Shown: piece by piece, positions 1-11,630 of the stretch
Layout of the letters: every line of letters starts with the position of its first letter
Numbering within the stretch: position 1 is the stretch's first letter
Source of the DNA: Paramecium tetraurelia
Lineage: Eukaryota
Reading direction: 5' to 3'
Length of the DNA: 20,000 nt
Assembly (NCBI GenBank): GCA_000165425.1
Contig: CT868119.1
Span: 550,994 to 570,993 of the forward strand
The notes under the pieces: model-generated
Databases searched by the model: none
What the model was told of the DNA's origin: nothing
Seen by the model: only the letters and a program-made list of their open reading frames with translations
Translations under genes and position numbers: made by a program

Positions 1-1132
1 TTGCGACTCTACAAAAGATTAATGTTGATTAATTAATTGAAACATTAATTTTGAGGTCTAAGGAATTATCAAAACAATTACATAGTTGAAGACAAAGTTT
101 GGGAGGATATTTTAATTGAAGGAATGAGAAGTTGTCAGAAATAATAAATCACCTATCACAGTTATTGCAATATTGAATAAGTTAGAGTTAGGTGAGTATT
201 AATCAAATAGTTCTAGCCAATCAATTTTCTTATGGTACCCTTATAGACATAGGCGTGTATCTATTGTTCATTTGTTGATTAAATAAATCAGCACTTTGAA
301 TAGAAAAATCTTATTGAAGATTTTCCTAACAATTAAACCCCCTTTTTATTCATTTTCACAAACTTCTCTTTTGGTATAATGATAGAAAGAACTAAAATCT
401 CAATTGTCAGATATTTCTTATACAATAGTATCCATAAATAGATTGATGGGTGGAAGCTATATTAAGAGAACTCTTAAATCTATTCTGATTGTGTGACATT
501 GAATAATATAAGGTAGTACTAGAAAATATGGTTGTTGATTAATAAATTTTGAATGATGGAGTATAAGTTCTTGAGAATGAAAAATAAAGTATTTTGGAGA
601 AAATTAAGAGGTTTAATGAGACTTGAAAGTTGATGAGAGACTGATAACTTACAAAATAAGGTTACTGAGAGATCAAAGAAATGAGAAAACAGTTAGAAGA
701 GCAAAAAGTTTTATACAAATAATAATAACCAAGAAATTCAATTTTGGATTTATTTTATGGAAGAAATGTTGTAAAGAGTAGAACTCTGTTGATCAAATCG
801 CCCAATAATTTAGATTAGGAAATAATTTCAATGAATTTTAAAATTGAGTATAAATATTGGAGTTGAATCCGTATTATTAAAGGAGAATTAAAAACTAAAA
901 TGATATCGATTGAGAGATGAAATACACTCAATAACTAAAAGAAATGAAAAACTGTAGTTGGAAGAGAAATTGGTTTAAATGAGAAAATTAAAAAATGAAA
1001 TAATTAAGAAGTACGAAAAGTTTGATGGAGAAGTAAGGTAGCAAATTTCTTATTGAAGAAATGTGGAATGAAAATTACAAAATCAGTTTTGATGAATACT
1101 TCGTAGAGAATAATAGCAGTTTGAAAATATGA
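1..1132 (+). pseudogene. Probable decayed gene encoding a coiled-coil-like protein (5' end may lie outside the window)
   Basis: In code 6 the sequence gives E/K/Q-rich coding-like stretches (VLENEKQSILEKIKRFNET*KLMRD*QLTKQGY*EIKEMRKQLEEQKVLYKQQQ; LLKENQKLK*YRLRDEIHSITKRNEKLQLEEKLVQMRKLKNEIIKKYEK). These are broken by in-frame TGA at 624, 642, 666 and 901 and by frame changes that I could not explain with convincing small introns. Confidence 0.45.
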
Positions 1133-1160
1133 GTGAAATAAGATCATAATATATAAAAAG

Positions 1161-1472
1161 TCATTATAATCTTCTATTATAGGTCTGTTTTAAAATTGAC
1201 CTTTTATTTAATAAAGTCTAATTGTTTTCTGAGTCTAAACAAGGGTTTATCCATCCAATATTGGAGAGCCCTTTACATTTTAATACTTGTCTCTTAATGT
1301 ACGTCACTTCTGTATTTGGATCATAATTTAGTACAATAAGGAGTTCGTTAAATTTAATTTCTTTACTATTTCCCTCAAGAATGAAGGGCTCTTCTTCTTC
1401 TAGTGCTTATTTTTGGAGAAGATTCAAAGGTGTGGGCTTTAAAATGTTCCATGGTGGTGACTAGGAATTCAT
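1161..1472 (-). CDS. Hypothetical protein, 103 aa
   Basis: Uninterrupted code-6 ORF from ATG (1472) to TGA (1161): MNSQSPPWNILKPTPLNLLQKQALEEEEPFILEG...QTYNRRLQ*, with an AT-rich intergenic region upstream. No family recognised. Confidence 0.55.
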
Positions 1473-1631
1473 TAAAAATACAATTTATTATAATCACCAA
1501 ATAAGATATAGATTTGAATTTATATTATGAATTAAATTCATGATAATTTGTCAATTTTACAAATAATGATACTAATATTATAATAATGTTTCTATATTTA
1601 TAAATAAATAATTTTAATTTATAAATAACAA

Positions 1632-2123
1632 ATGAATTAACCAAATAAAGTCTAGGAATATGAAAAGGTTATTGACCTACTTGAACACTTCTTGAAAAAA
1701 TATTAAAATTTAGGCAGGAATGCTATAGAAACTTCAATTGTCAGTCTTCTAAAAAACAATGTAAGCGGATTATTTTTTGTAGGATTTTATGAAGTTATTG
1801 ATGGTATATTATTGGATTCTATATTAGGTAATTCTCTTGAAGTCGGTCCATATTAAAGTACCATATTGGCAACACCAAGAATTGAAAAAGGGAAGGGACA
1901 ATGTGGGTAATGTTGGGCTGAAGGAAAAGTTCAGATTTAAGAAGATGTGAAGGTTTGTTAGAATTACATAGCGTGCGATAATGAGACTTAAAGTGAGATA
2001 GTGATTCCAGTTATAAAGAATGGAGTGGTGCAAAGTGTTTTGGATATTGATTCAGAACACTTGTCACGATTTGACGAAGTCGATTCTAAGTATTTATAAA
2101 GAATAGTTGAGTATTTAATTTGA
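1632..2123 (+). CDS. Free methionine-R-sulfoxide reductase (fRMsr, MsrC/YebR-like GAF-domain protein)
   Basis: Code-6 translation contains FVGFYEV..LEVGPYQ..PRIEKGKGQCG...NYIACDNETQSEIVIPV..VLDIDSEHLSRFDEVD, matching the fRMsr family motifs (GFY, GPFQG, G.GVCG, HIACD..SEIVVP, VLDIDS..RFD). Probable in-frame 24-nt intron at 1804-1827 (GTATATT..TATTAG); 155 aa if spliced, 163 aa if retained. Confidence 0.9.
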
Positions 2124-2137
2124 TAAAATATTAATTA

Positions 2138-5100
2138 ATGACACTTTCTTTTGAGTTATTGAATTTGAGACCAACGCCTCTAAGATTTGATATCTGGCCT
2201 TTTGTCATTGGTTATATTGCTCTGTACTCTTGGTGGAGTACATTAGATGAAGAGGCCCCTGTCGAAACAAATAATATAATGGATAAAATAAATAAGGCAA
2301 CATTCTAAGGAGCTGAGAGTATTATAATGTTGAATATGTAGTTTATAATGATGAAGTATATTATGAGTCAATGGAAAATATTTACGCTAGATTAACTTTT
2401 ATCGGATTGGTGTTTTTTCATTCATTAACATACATGAGTTCATTTTGGTCTGTGTCGATGAAATCTAAAATTAGATATTTTTCAGGAGGGATCAAACTCA
2501 GCTAAGAGAATGTTAGAAATTACAAATATTGCAAAGTCTAATTCGCTAAACAACAGAAATCCTACAGCGAAATTGTAGCAATACAATCTGATTCATCTAA
2601 TAAATTCTGGATCTAATTTATGGAAAACAAATATTTTTATGACTAGACAAAAGAATCGTTTACCAGATAAAAACCAAATGTTAAATTTAACCTTCAGAAT
2701 TTGGAAAGTCTTGAGAAGTTAGAGGAATATGAAAAGAATTCCTTACTTATCCCAATGAAAAAATTCAACGAAGTATTAAAGGATTAATTAATGGAACCCT
2801 TCTCATTCTTTCAGATATTTAGTGTATCCCTATGGTTATTGGATGAAAGCAGGATATATGCTCTATTTACTCTATCAATGCTCTTTTTCACATCCTGTAC
2901 TGTGGTCATATAAAGAATGAAAACTATGTTGACTCTTAGATAAATGAAATTGAATCCACAATTGATTACAGTCTACCGCAAAAACTAATGGACTAAAATT
3001 TCCTCTGAATTACTTGTTCCTGGAGATGTAGTCATATTATAAACTGCAGAGTAAATCAAACCTGCTGCTAAGGACAATAATAATGATGATGAACAGTTTT
3101 TAAGATAGCAGATTCCCTTTTCAAAGCATTTGCCGCCTAAATTGTTTTAAGTAGAAACCATGAATGTTGATTCTTACAAGAATGTACCATGTGATATTCT
3201 ATTATTAAATGGTTAAGTAGTAGTTAATGAGTCCATGTTGACAGGAGAGAGTGTTCCATAAGTTAAGGAGGGAATCAATAAAAATTAAAATGAACACTTG
3301 GACATCAAAAATAAGCACAAATAAAATGTAATATTTTGTGGAACTGAAATCATACAATTATAAGGGAATGCACAATATCCATCTTATATCAATAATGCTT
3401 AAAATTAGTCTCATTGTTTGGGCTTGGTGTTAAGAACAGGCTTTGATACTGCAAAAGGGAAGTTGATTAAGACTGTCTTCTACAATAATGAAAATGCAAA
3501 TGCTAAATAAACAGATGGACTATTTATAGTGGTAGTCTTACTCATCTTTGCCTTATGTGCCAGCGCATATGTCTTGATGAATGGACTTTAAGAAGAATCC
3601 AGAAACAAAAATAAACTATTTATTAGATGTATATTGATTGTAACTACTGTTGTTCCACCTGAACTGCCAATGATTTTATCAATAGCTGTGAATTAATCTT
3701 TAATGATGTTGTAACTGAGAAAAATCTTTTGTACAGAACCTTTCAGAATTCCATTGGCTGGAAAGGTAGAGGTTTTGGCTTTTGATAAAACTGGTACCTT
3801 GACTAATGATACTTTGTTATTTACTGGAATTGTAGATAATTGTGTTAATAGAGGAACAAAGTCAAAAAGCGATTGTTCCTTGTATTGCTAACAAATCTTG
3901 GCTGGTTGTAATCAATTAATATATGCTGATAATAAATTGCAAGGTGATCCTATCGAACTCTTATTTTTTTAACAAAATAATCCATGGAGTATTTAAACCT
4001 AACAAAAGTATGCTTAAAATAAGGATTTAGGCATTTTCCTTTATTAAAAACAAGTATTCTCCTTCAAGAGTGATTTAAAGAGAATGAGCACTGTAGTCTA
4101 GGTTGATTAGAAAGGTCAAAGACATTATAGAATATTAGTTAAAGGTGCTCCTGAAGCATTATAATCGCTATTCTAAGAAGTCCCAGATGAGTATGAATAC
4201 TGTTATTAACACTATTCGAATTTAGGATACAGAGTACTGTGTTTGGCGGATAGAGAGATTGAGGAATATGAAAATCAAGAAAGAGAGGAATTAGAAAAGA
4301 ATTTAGTGTTCCGTGGATTCCTAATTTGCGAATCCCCTTTGAAGCCTGACACTCAATAATGGATTAAAAAATTCAAATCAAGTTATTTTCAACCCATCAT
4401 TATTACAGGAGATAATTTACTTACTGCAATAGCAGTTGGTAAATAATTATAATTACATGATAACAAAAAGACATATATCCTAGATTATCAGGATAATAAT
4501 TATGTATTAGTTGAACATGGCAATAAGAATATAAAAGTGTTGAGCAATGTAGAAAAGGAACTTACAAAAACAGAAGGAATGTTGTGTATTTCATCATCAA
4601 TTATGGTAAAATTAGAAGAATAGCATTTAATCAAACTGATAATACATTTCAGTATCTTTGCAAGAATGTCACCAAAATAAAAAGAAACTATCGTTATTTA
4701 GTTCAAAAAGCAAGGTAAAGGTGTGTTGATGTGCGGAGATGGCACAAATGATGTTGGAGCATTAAAAAAGGCTGACGTTGGAATTGCCTTAGTTACCAAT
4801 TAGGGAGAGTAATAGGAAGAGATAGATGAAGAAGAGGAGGAGAGAGTGGCTAATTTATCATTTACAGATCAATTATAGTAAGTTAAAAAATAGTAGATGG
4901 AGATATAAAAGTAAATGAATGAAGCCAAAGGAGATAAGGAGAAGATGAAGAATATTGCTAATTAACATCTGCAACAATAGGCCGCTGGGTTGTTTGATAT
5001 GGGACCAAGTTATAAGTTTGGTGATGCTTGTATTGCTGCTCCTTTTACATCAAAAATGTCTACGAGCATTAGATGTGTTCATACTATTGTCAAATAGGGA

Positions 5101-5809
5101 GTCTGTACTTTAGTGACTACAATTTAAACTTATAAGATTATGGCCTTATAAAGTGTATTAAACGCATATTCTTTAAGTGCCTTACATATGCAATCATTGA
5201 AAATGAGTGAAACTCAAATGACTCTAATGGGAATCTTAGGAGCTGCTTATTATTTCTGCTATTCTTCAGCTAAAGCTTAAAGGAATTTATCAAAAGTAAA
5301 ACCAAGCTTTTCCATTTTTGAATTTTCCTTTTTCATTTCATTGACACTCCAAATCGTATTGCACGTATGGTCTATGCACTTTGCTATACATCATATAGCT
5401 ATGCCAAATATGACTATTGAAGAAAAGGAAATTAAAAATGAACTTGAATTTAAGCCTACCTTTTTGAATACAACAGTGTTTCTACTGCAGTTATTACAAC
5501 AAAGTTGTATATTTTTATTCAATCATCCTGGAGAACCACATATGCAAAAGATTGATGTGCGTTCTAAATTTTTCAAAAGCTTGGTAACAGTCTTAATGAT
5601 ATTTTTAGTTTGTTCCTCTTATCTTGTGTATAATATCAGCATTTAACTACAGTGACATTTTGAATTCTTATCTTGAACTAACATTCCCTCAAAATCAAGA
5701 GGTAAGTTTACAATTGACTTTGCTTTGCATATTTGTCACAGCAGCAAATTGGGTAATTGAGAAAGGAACCAAGACCTTAAAATACAAAAAATGGTATGGA
5801 TTTATATGA
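2138..5809 (+). CDS. P5A-type P-ATPase (Spf1/ATP13A1-like ER transmembrane helix dislocase), 1207 aa
   Basis: Motifs [33 protein letters not shown] (P5A-type M4 motif), [13 protein letters not shown], phosphorylation site FDKTGTLT (3781-3804), [13 protein letters not shown], and a helical insertion before [12 protein letters not shown]. Introns 2319-2341 (23 nt) and 5584-5608 (25 nt) restore the frame. Many internal TAA/TAG codons read as Gln. Confidence 0.95.
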
Positions 5810-5911
5810 TAACGAGTTTGCATAAATATTTTAATTACAAGATATATATTAATATTTTGATTTGTTTTAATAGTAATTGAGATAGAAATATTAAAAATTA
5901 GTGTTTTATTA

Positions 5912-6847
5912 ATGAATAATCTAGCCCAGCTTGAAGAGGAAGATGGTTCCACTAAAAATACTACACGTGAAATTAAAGCGGTAAATACGACCATAAAAGC
6001 TGTATTGGGGAACCAATTGGTTCGCTCAAATTCAAGTCCAATAGTCTAACCTTTAAGTGGCAAGACCTTCAAAATTGGAGTAATCTATATAATAATTTTG
6101 CAGATTTGTGGTGGCCATTCTTCAGGAAAAGCCTTGCTAACTGAAAAATTGATGAATTAACTACAACAATTAGGATTTTAAGTGAGTGTGGTTAAATAAG
6201 ATAATTTTGATGTTGATAGCAACGATTTTGACAATTAGTAATTAATTAGTAATCATTTAAGCAAGTAGAACTCTGATGTTCTCAATAATGTTCCCTATGT
6301 TAATAATTAGGATTATTAAAAGTTTTTGGTATCAATTTATACTAAGTTTAGTCAACAGCCATCAAGACTCTCTTAACCACAAGGGATAAGAATGTAATTA
6401 TAATTGAAGGAACTTTAATTTTTTATGACAGACAACTTAGAGATTTGCTTGATTTAAAGATATTCTTGCATCATGATCAGGATGTGAGACTATCTAGAAA
6501 AAGTATTTATATAACGAATGTTTTTAGTTTATAAGGAAGTGTGTGCGAAAGGCAAAGATGTGGAAAAAGTCATTCACAATTATTTGAATAGATTGAAGCC
6601 GCTTTATGAATCAATTATTAAGCCCACTGAATAATATGCAGATATTATTGTACCGAAATTCGGAGGAGAGTTTACCTTGAAACCATAAGAAAATTAGGGT
6701 GAAACTTAATAAATGCATGCAGGCTTTAGCCAATTTAATCCAAATATCTTAAACTTACTTATAGAGATTACAAAGGAAAATATTCTAGGAAGTGATAAAT
6801 TAGATAAGCTAGAAAAACTTGACAAGATTTAAGCAAGTTCAAAATGA
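5912..6847 (+). CDS. Uridine/cytidine kinase-like P-loop protein, divergent, 287 aa
   Basis: Translation includes KIGICGGHSSGKA, VVKQDNF, NVIIIEGTLIFYDRQLRDLLDLKIF..DVRLSRK and KPLYESIIKPTEQYADIIVPKFGG, collinear with uridine kinase family motifs. Introns at 6080-6103, 6329-6351 and 6503-6527. Confidence 0.8.
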
Positions 6848-6897
6848 TTTCATTGATTGTTAATTGAAAAATTAATCTGGTATTCTAATATGTATTG

Positions 6898-7652
6898 ATG
6901 CAATTTTTATATGATAATCAATAATAATTTCTGAGAGTAATTATAAATAAATGATAAAAAATTATTATAAACAGTCAAAGCAATAATCATACATTTCAAC
7001 TTAAAAAAAAGGTTCTGAATTTCATCAGAATTAAAGATCAAAATCAAAATCTCCAGGTCCCAATAAGCATTAAGCTCAACCTAAATAATCTAATTCAAAT
7101 CTTACATCACATTATAAAATGGCAATCGGAGAGTTTAAATACTTTTAGGAATGCTTTCCAGAAGAATATACCATACTCTCAATAAACAATGAAATCTTCT
7201 TTGAAAAGGATATTATTAAATGCAAGTAAAAGGATTCACAACTTAATACAACTTTAGAAGGTTCATCAGATGAGGATTAAACTCTAATACAAGACTATAC
7301 TCTCCAGACTTCTTTCAATCCTATAAACTAAACTTAATATTAGCACAGCTCTCGCTTTGTTTATTCAAATAGAGAGAGAATATTCCAAGAAAGGAGAACA
7401 TCTTTAAGTAGTTCTTAAGCAAATACATAGGTCCTTTGTAGAGAAGCTTATATTGTAGACACAACAGTCAATTACAAAGTAGCAAAAGGAGAATATTTGA
7501 TTGAATATTATTGCGTTACTAATACTACTAACGAAATTGGAAAGAGTATCATAATTATTTATACTGTGTTTCAAATTATTTATTCCGAAATAATTTAAAT
7601 TTTTTATCATCTCTTTTTTATTCAGACTTTGGTAAATGATAATTTTTTGTGA
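6898..7652 (+). CDS. Hypothetical protein (gene model and 3' end uncertain)
   Basis: ATG at 6898, then a possible 38-nt intron at 6937-6974 (GTAATT..AACAG) leads into a protein-like frame: RSKSKSPGPNKH...NTTLEGSSDED...EAYIVDTTVNYKVAKGEYLIEYYCV, first TGA at 7650-7652. The unspliced frame is also open, to TGA at 7498-7500. Confidence 0.45.
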
Positions 7653-7893
7653 AGTTATATTATGTTTTCTTCCTTTCAATAAACTTGAATTGAAAGGATT
7701 ATTTTATTTGATAATTATTCTGTTCTTGTGATTCTTTGATTTTGAGAAATAAGCAGATAGTCTTGAGTGGTAAAGTATAATTATCAAATAGACTTTAACC
7801 AATTAAGAAAAAGAGATATTTGAAATCATTCGATTGCTTTAGAATATTTGATAGACAAAATTACCTTGATCCAAACTATAGTTGGAACTGCAT
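7549..7893 (-). CDS. Hypothetical protein, 114 aa
   Basis: Code-6 ORF from ATG (7893) to TGA (7549): MQFQLQFGSRQFCLSNILKQ...FETQYKQL*. No family recognised, and it could be a chance ORF. Confidence 0.3.
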
Positions 7894-7938
7894 TCTATTT
7901 AGGTTTGTTGAATATTTATATATATATATAATAATAAT

Positions 7939-8280
7939 TCATTTGGGATTTGTTTTTTTAACAAATTTTTTAGCGATTCTTTTTCTAATTTTCACAATTT
8001 GAGATTTTGATTCTGAATGACATTGGGATTAACTCTTTTATTCAAATTTCAGATTTAGTGGAACAGTTCGTTTATAAAGAACTTTAAACTTACATGTTTG
8101 TTTACGAGTAGATTTAATTTCAGTATCACTATAAGAAACTGGCTACAATGTTCTCAGATAGTTAGGCTTGAATTAATAATTTAAATTTTCAAAGTCATCC
8201 TCTAAAAAATTAGTTTTATTTAGACGTTGCTAGAGAGATTCAACTTCTAATCTATCTTAGTAATAATTATCCTAATCCAT
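7939..8280 (-). CDS. Hypothetical protein, 113 aa, basic C-terminus
   Basis: Code-6 ORF MDQDNYYQDRLEVESLQQRLNKTNFLEDDFEN...KIRKRIAKKFVKKTNPK*, flanked by AT-rich spacers. Confidence 0.55.
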
Positions 8281-8324
8281 TATAATTAATCAAAATTAAA
8301 TAAAAAAAATAATAAAAAATTACA

Positions 8325-9295
8325 TCATTGATGAAAATGATCACGATATCTTTTAACCATTTTTTTTATTTCATTTTTGCTTGCTTACTTTGTCATTACA
8401 GGCTTTAATTTCAATTTCATATTACATTCAGAATAGGTTGTTATCATAATTTTATTTTCTTCAATTTATTTGATTTGATTCCCACTCAATAATAACAGAG
8501 CCCTAGTGCATTATTTGGTAGACAATTCTCTACAATAATAAATATCATAACTTACTAAGGTTGAAAATGATCAACATTTACAGATTTCGAAATCTCTATG
8601 CAATCATCTCCCTTTCTATCAGTATATTTAATATATAAAAAGTCTCGTGGGTCCATGAACATAATCTTTTTATATCTTAAGTAATTAATCTATAAATTTA
8701 TGTCTTCATAATGCATCTCAAACGCATCAATACTATTATCCATTTATTTTTATAATTGCAAATCCCTCATGAATTCTATGTAGGAATCAATCGAAGTATT
8801 CAAAGTGTATGTATATTTCATTATACCAATCTAAAATTTTTCAGGAGTCTCGATGTATTTAATCCAAAAATTGAAGTCCTGTTCTTCTTCTAATAATTCA
8901 AATCCCTCCATTTTATCAATCACAGAAGTAAATGCCATCACTGCTCTTTCTCCTATTTCTTTAATAAATTCAGTTTAAGAAAATGAGATATGAGGAATAT
9001 CATCTATAAATTATCGTATTGTCTCCTCTTCATTTATTTATTCACAATCCTAAAAATTTGCCTTGTTTTCGAATTCCTCTATTTTTGTTTCAGGATTCTA
9101 AATGAATGAATCCTCATGAGCTCCTAAATACAGATTCTACTCATATTTACTTAATTCAGCATTCATATTACTTTCAATGTCTCTACTAACACTCTCCATC
9201 TAGTAACCCTTCTCTGCATTCTCTACCCTTGTGTACTTGAAGATATTTAAACATCTAATGAATAATTACCTAATACATTAACATATTCTTAACAT
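8325..9295 (-). CDS. START-domain lipid-binding/transfer protein, 314 aa
   Basis: Translation includes MDNSIDAFE..INYLRYKKIMFMDPRDFLYIKY..IEISKSV..P..CTRALLLLSGNQIKQIE..KIMITTYSECNMK, following the START-fold pattern (PRDF motif, SV..P, .RA...SG..I). One 26-nt intron at 8530-8555. Cys-rich N-terminus MLRICQCIRQLFIRCL. Confidence 0.8.
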
Positions 9296-9306
9296 AATAA
9301 AAATTA

Positions 9307-10469
9307 ATGAAATATAACCTTGTCCTATTATTTTTGAAACGTGAACATCTAATACTACTAACCAAGATAGCTCTCCTAAATGAACAAAATCCCACTTGTG
9401 AATATTAAATCAATTTGATTGATTAAGAAATTCAAAACGAAGAAAAATTACTTATCAAATCAAAATGGACTCAATCTTAATTAGAAGTAGTCAAGTAGCA
9501 AATTTTGTAAATAGCCAATCTCACCTTCTCTTATTACAAACTACATTTCCCTATCAATTCTTCTGTCTCTATCAAAGAGCATATTAAATTTATTCAAATA
9601 ATTAGAAATTTAAACTATAACTGGACTACCTTGGATGACATTTTTAAATAGTAAAAAGTATGTAATAATCCATGATATAGTATAGGTTACAGTTAGAAAG
9701 AATGAAATTAATAAGATCACAAAAATTGATAGAGGAGCCTATCCATCCTAAGATTGCCAATTATAAAATAGATTTTACTTATGTCCAATACTTATTTAAT
9801 AAATATTACAACTCCAAAAATATTGATTACAAATAACCATATCAATTGCTAAATTTATTTGTCAAAAAGAAGCTGTACAGAATCAACAATCGTGTTTGCA
9901 TGAGCATAACAAGTTTAGAAGATGTCCCCCAACTGCAATTAATTAATACTAATCTCATATAACCAATTTTAAATTACGATTAATTTAATAGTACATTCGA
10001 AAAAAGGATGAATAAATTAATGAACAGAAACTCATAGATTTAACAATCCATACGCTAATACAACTATCTCTATTATAATTAGAGAACTTCTATTCCAAAT
10101 TGCAAGACATCAGATGATCTTCCAACTTTGCAAAGATAAAAATTGAACCATAATTGCGAATCTGACATATTAATACTTCCTGATCATAGGACACAGAGAA
10201 CAAATTATAGATTTGCAAAATTAATTGAAAGACAAGAAAATAAAAATGTTAAACCGATTAACATCAAAGATCAAATGGAATTAGTATTAATGCAAAAAAT
10301 CAAACGTCATCACACATCCTCTGAAAGAGAAGACTCCAAATAGATTAGTAGATCTCAACTATTAAGAAGCGTGAAGTCAGAACATTTGTTGATTGAGTAA
10401 GAAATTTTCTTTAAAAAAATTTTATAGCCAATAAAAGAATAAAAATTTAAAATAAAACAAAACAAATGA
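9307..10469 (+). CDS. Hypothetical protein, 379 aa
   Basis: Long code-6 ORF from ATG 9307 with one 23-nt intron at 9658-9680 (GTATGT..ATAG), running to TGA 10467-10469. It includes the ORF-track fragment 10143-10343 in frame. Confidence 0.7.
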
Positions 10470-10898
10470 TTTTACTAGTGTTATATAATGAAATAAATTC
10501 ATTATAAATTAATAAAGTTTTAAATTTTATAGCTTAATATTTATAATTTGTTTTTTCTAGTTTTTAGATTAACTGGCACATTCAATTAATTATACATATG
10601 ATTTTCTTTTTTCAATACTTACTTTTCTTTTACAATGATTTCATAAGTTCAATTGATCAAAAGTTATAATTTTTGAGCTTAATAATCTTGCTCTTTATGT
10701 AAAGGAATAACTTTGAATCATTGAATTTTCCAAAATTTTATGAGATTTGATTTTAATTTTTCCATTATTAAACGAGTTACAAATCAACTGCTTTAGTTCT
10801 TTACCTCAAGGTTAAAATATTTTAATAGAAATCATAACACCTTGAAATAAAATCAGGTAGTTAAAGTTGCCATCAAATAATAAATATTTTAATTATAC

Positions 10899-11604
<706 letters not shown>

Positions 11605-11630
11605 TAATTTATTTAACAACTACATATACT

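Noticed and set aside
1761..1782. Intron-like GTAAGC..TTGTAG in the fRMsr gene
   Set aside because: Removing it shifts the frame, while reading through gives the conserved FVGFY motif.
1824..2033. 69-aa - strand ORF in the track
   Set aside because: Antisense to the well-supported fRMsr gene.
5341..5994. Track ORFs 5341-5646, 5624-5809 and 5695-5994 as separate genes
   Set aside because: The first two are parts of the P5A-ATPase joined by the 25-nt intron at 5584-5608, and the third is antisense.
10480..10873. Possible small - strand gene downstream of EMG1
   Set aside because: All frames hit TGA, and no consistent ATG-intron-stop model could be built.
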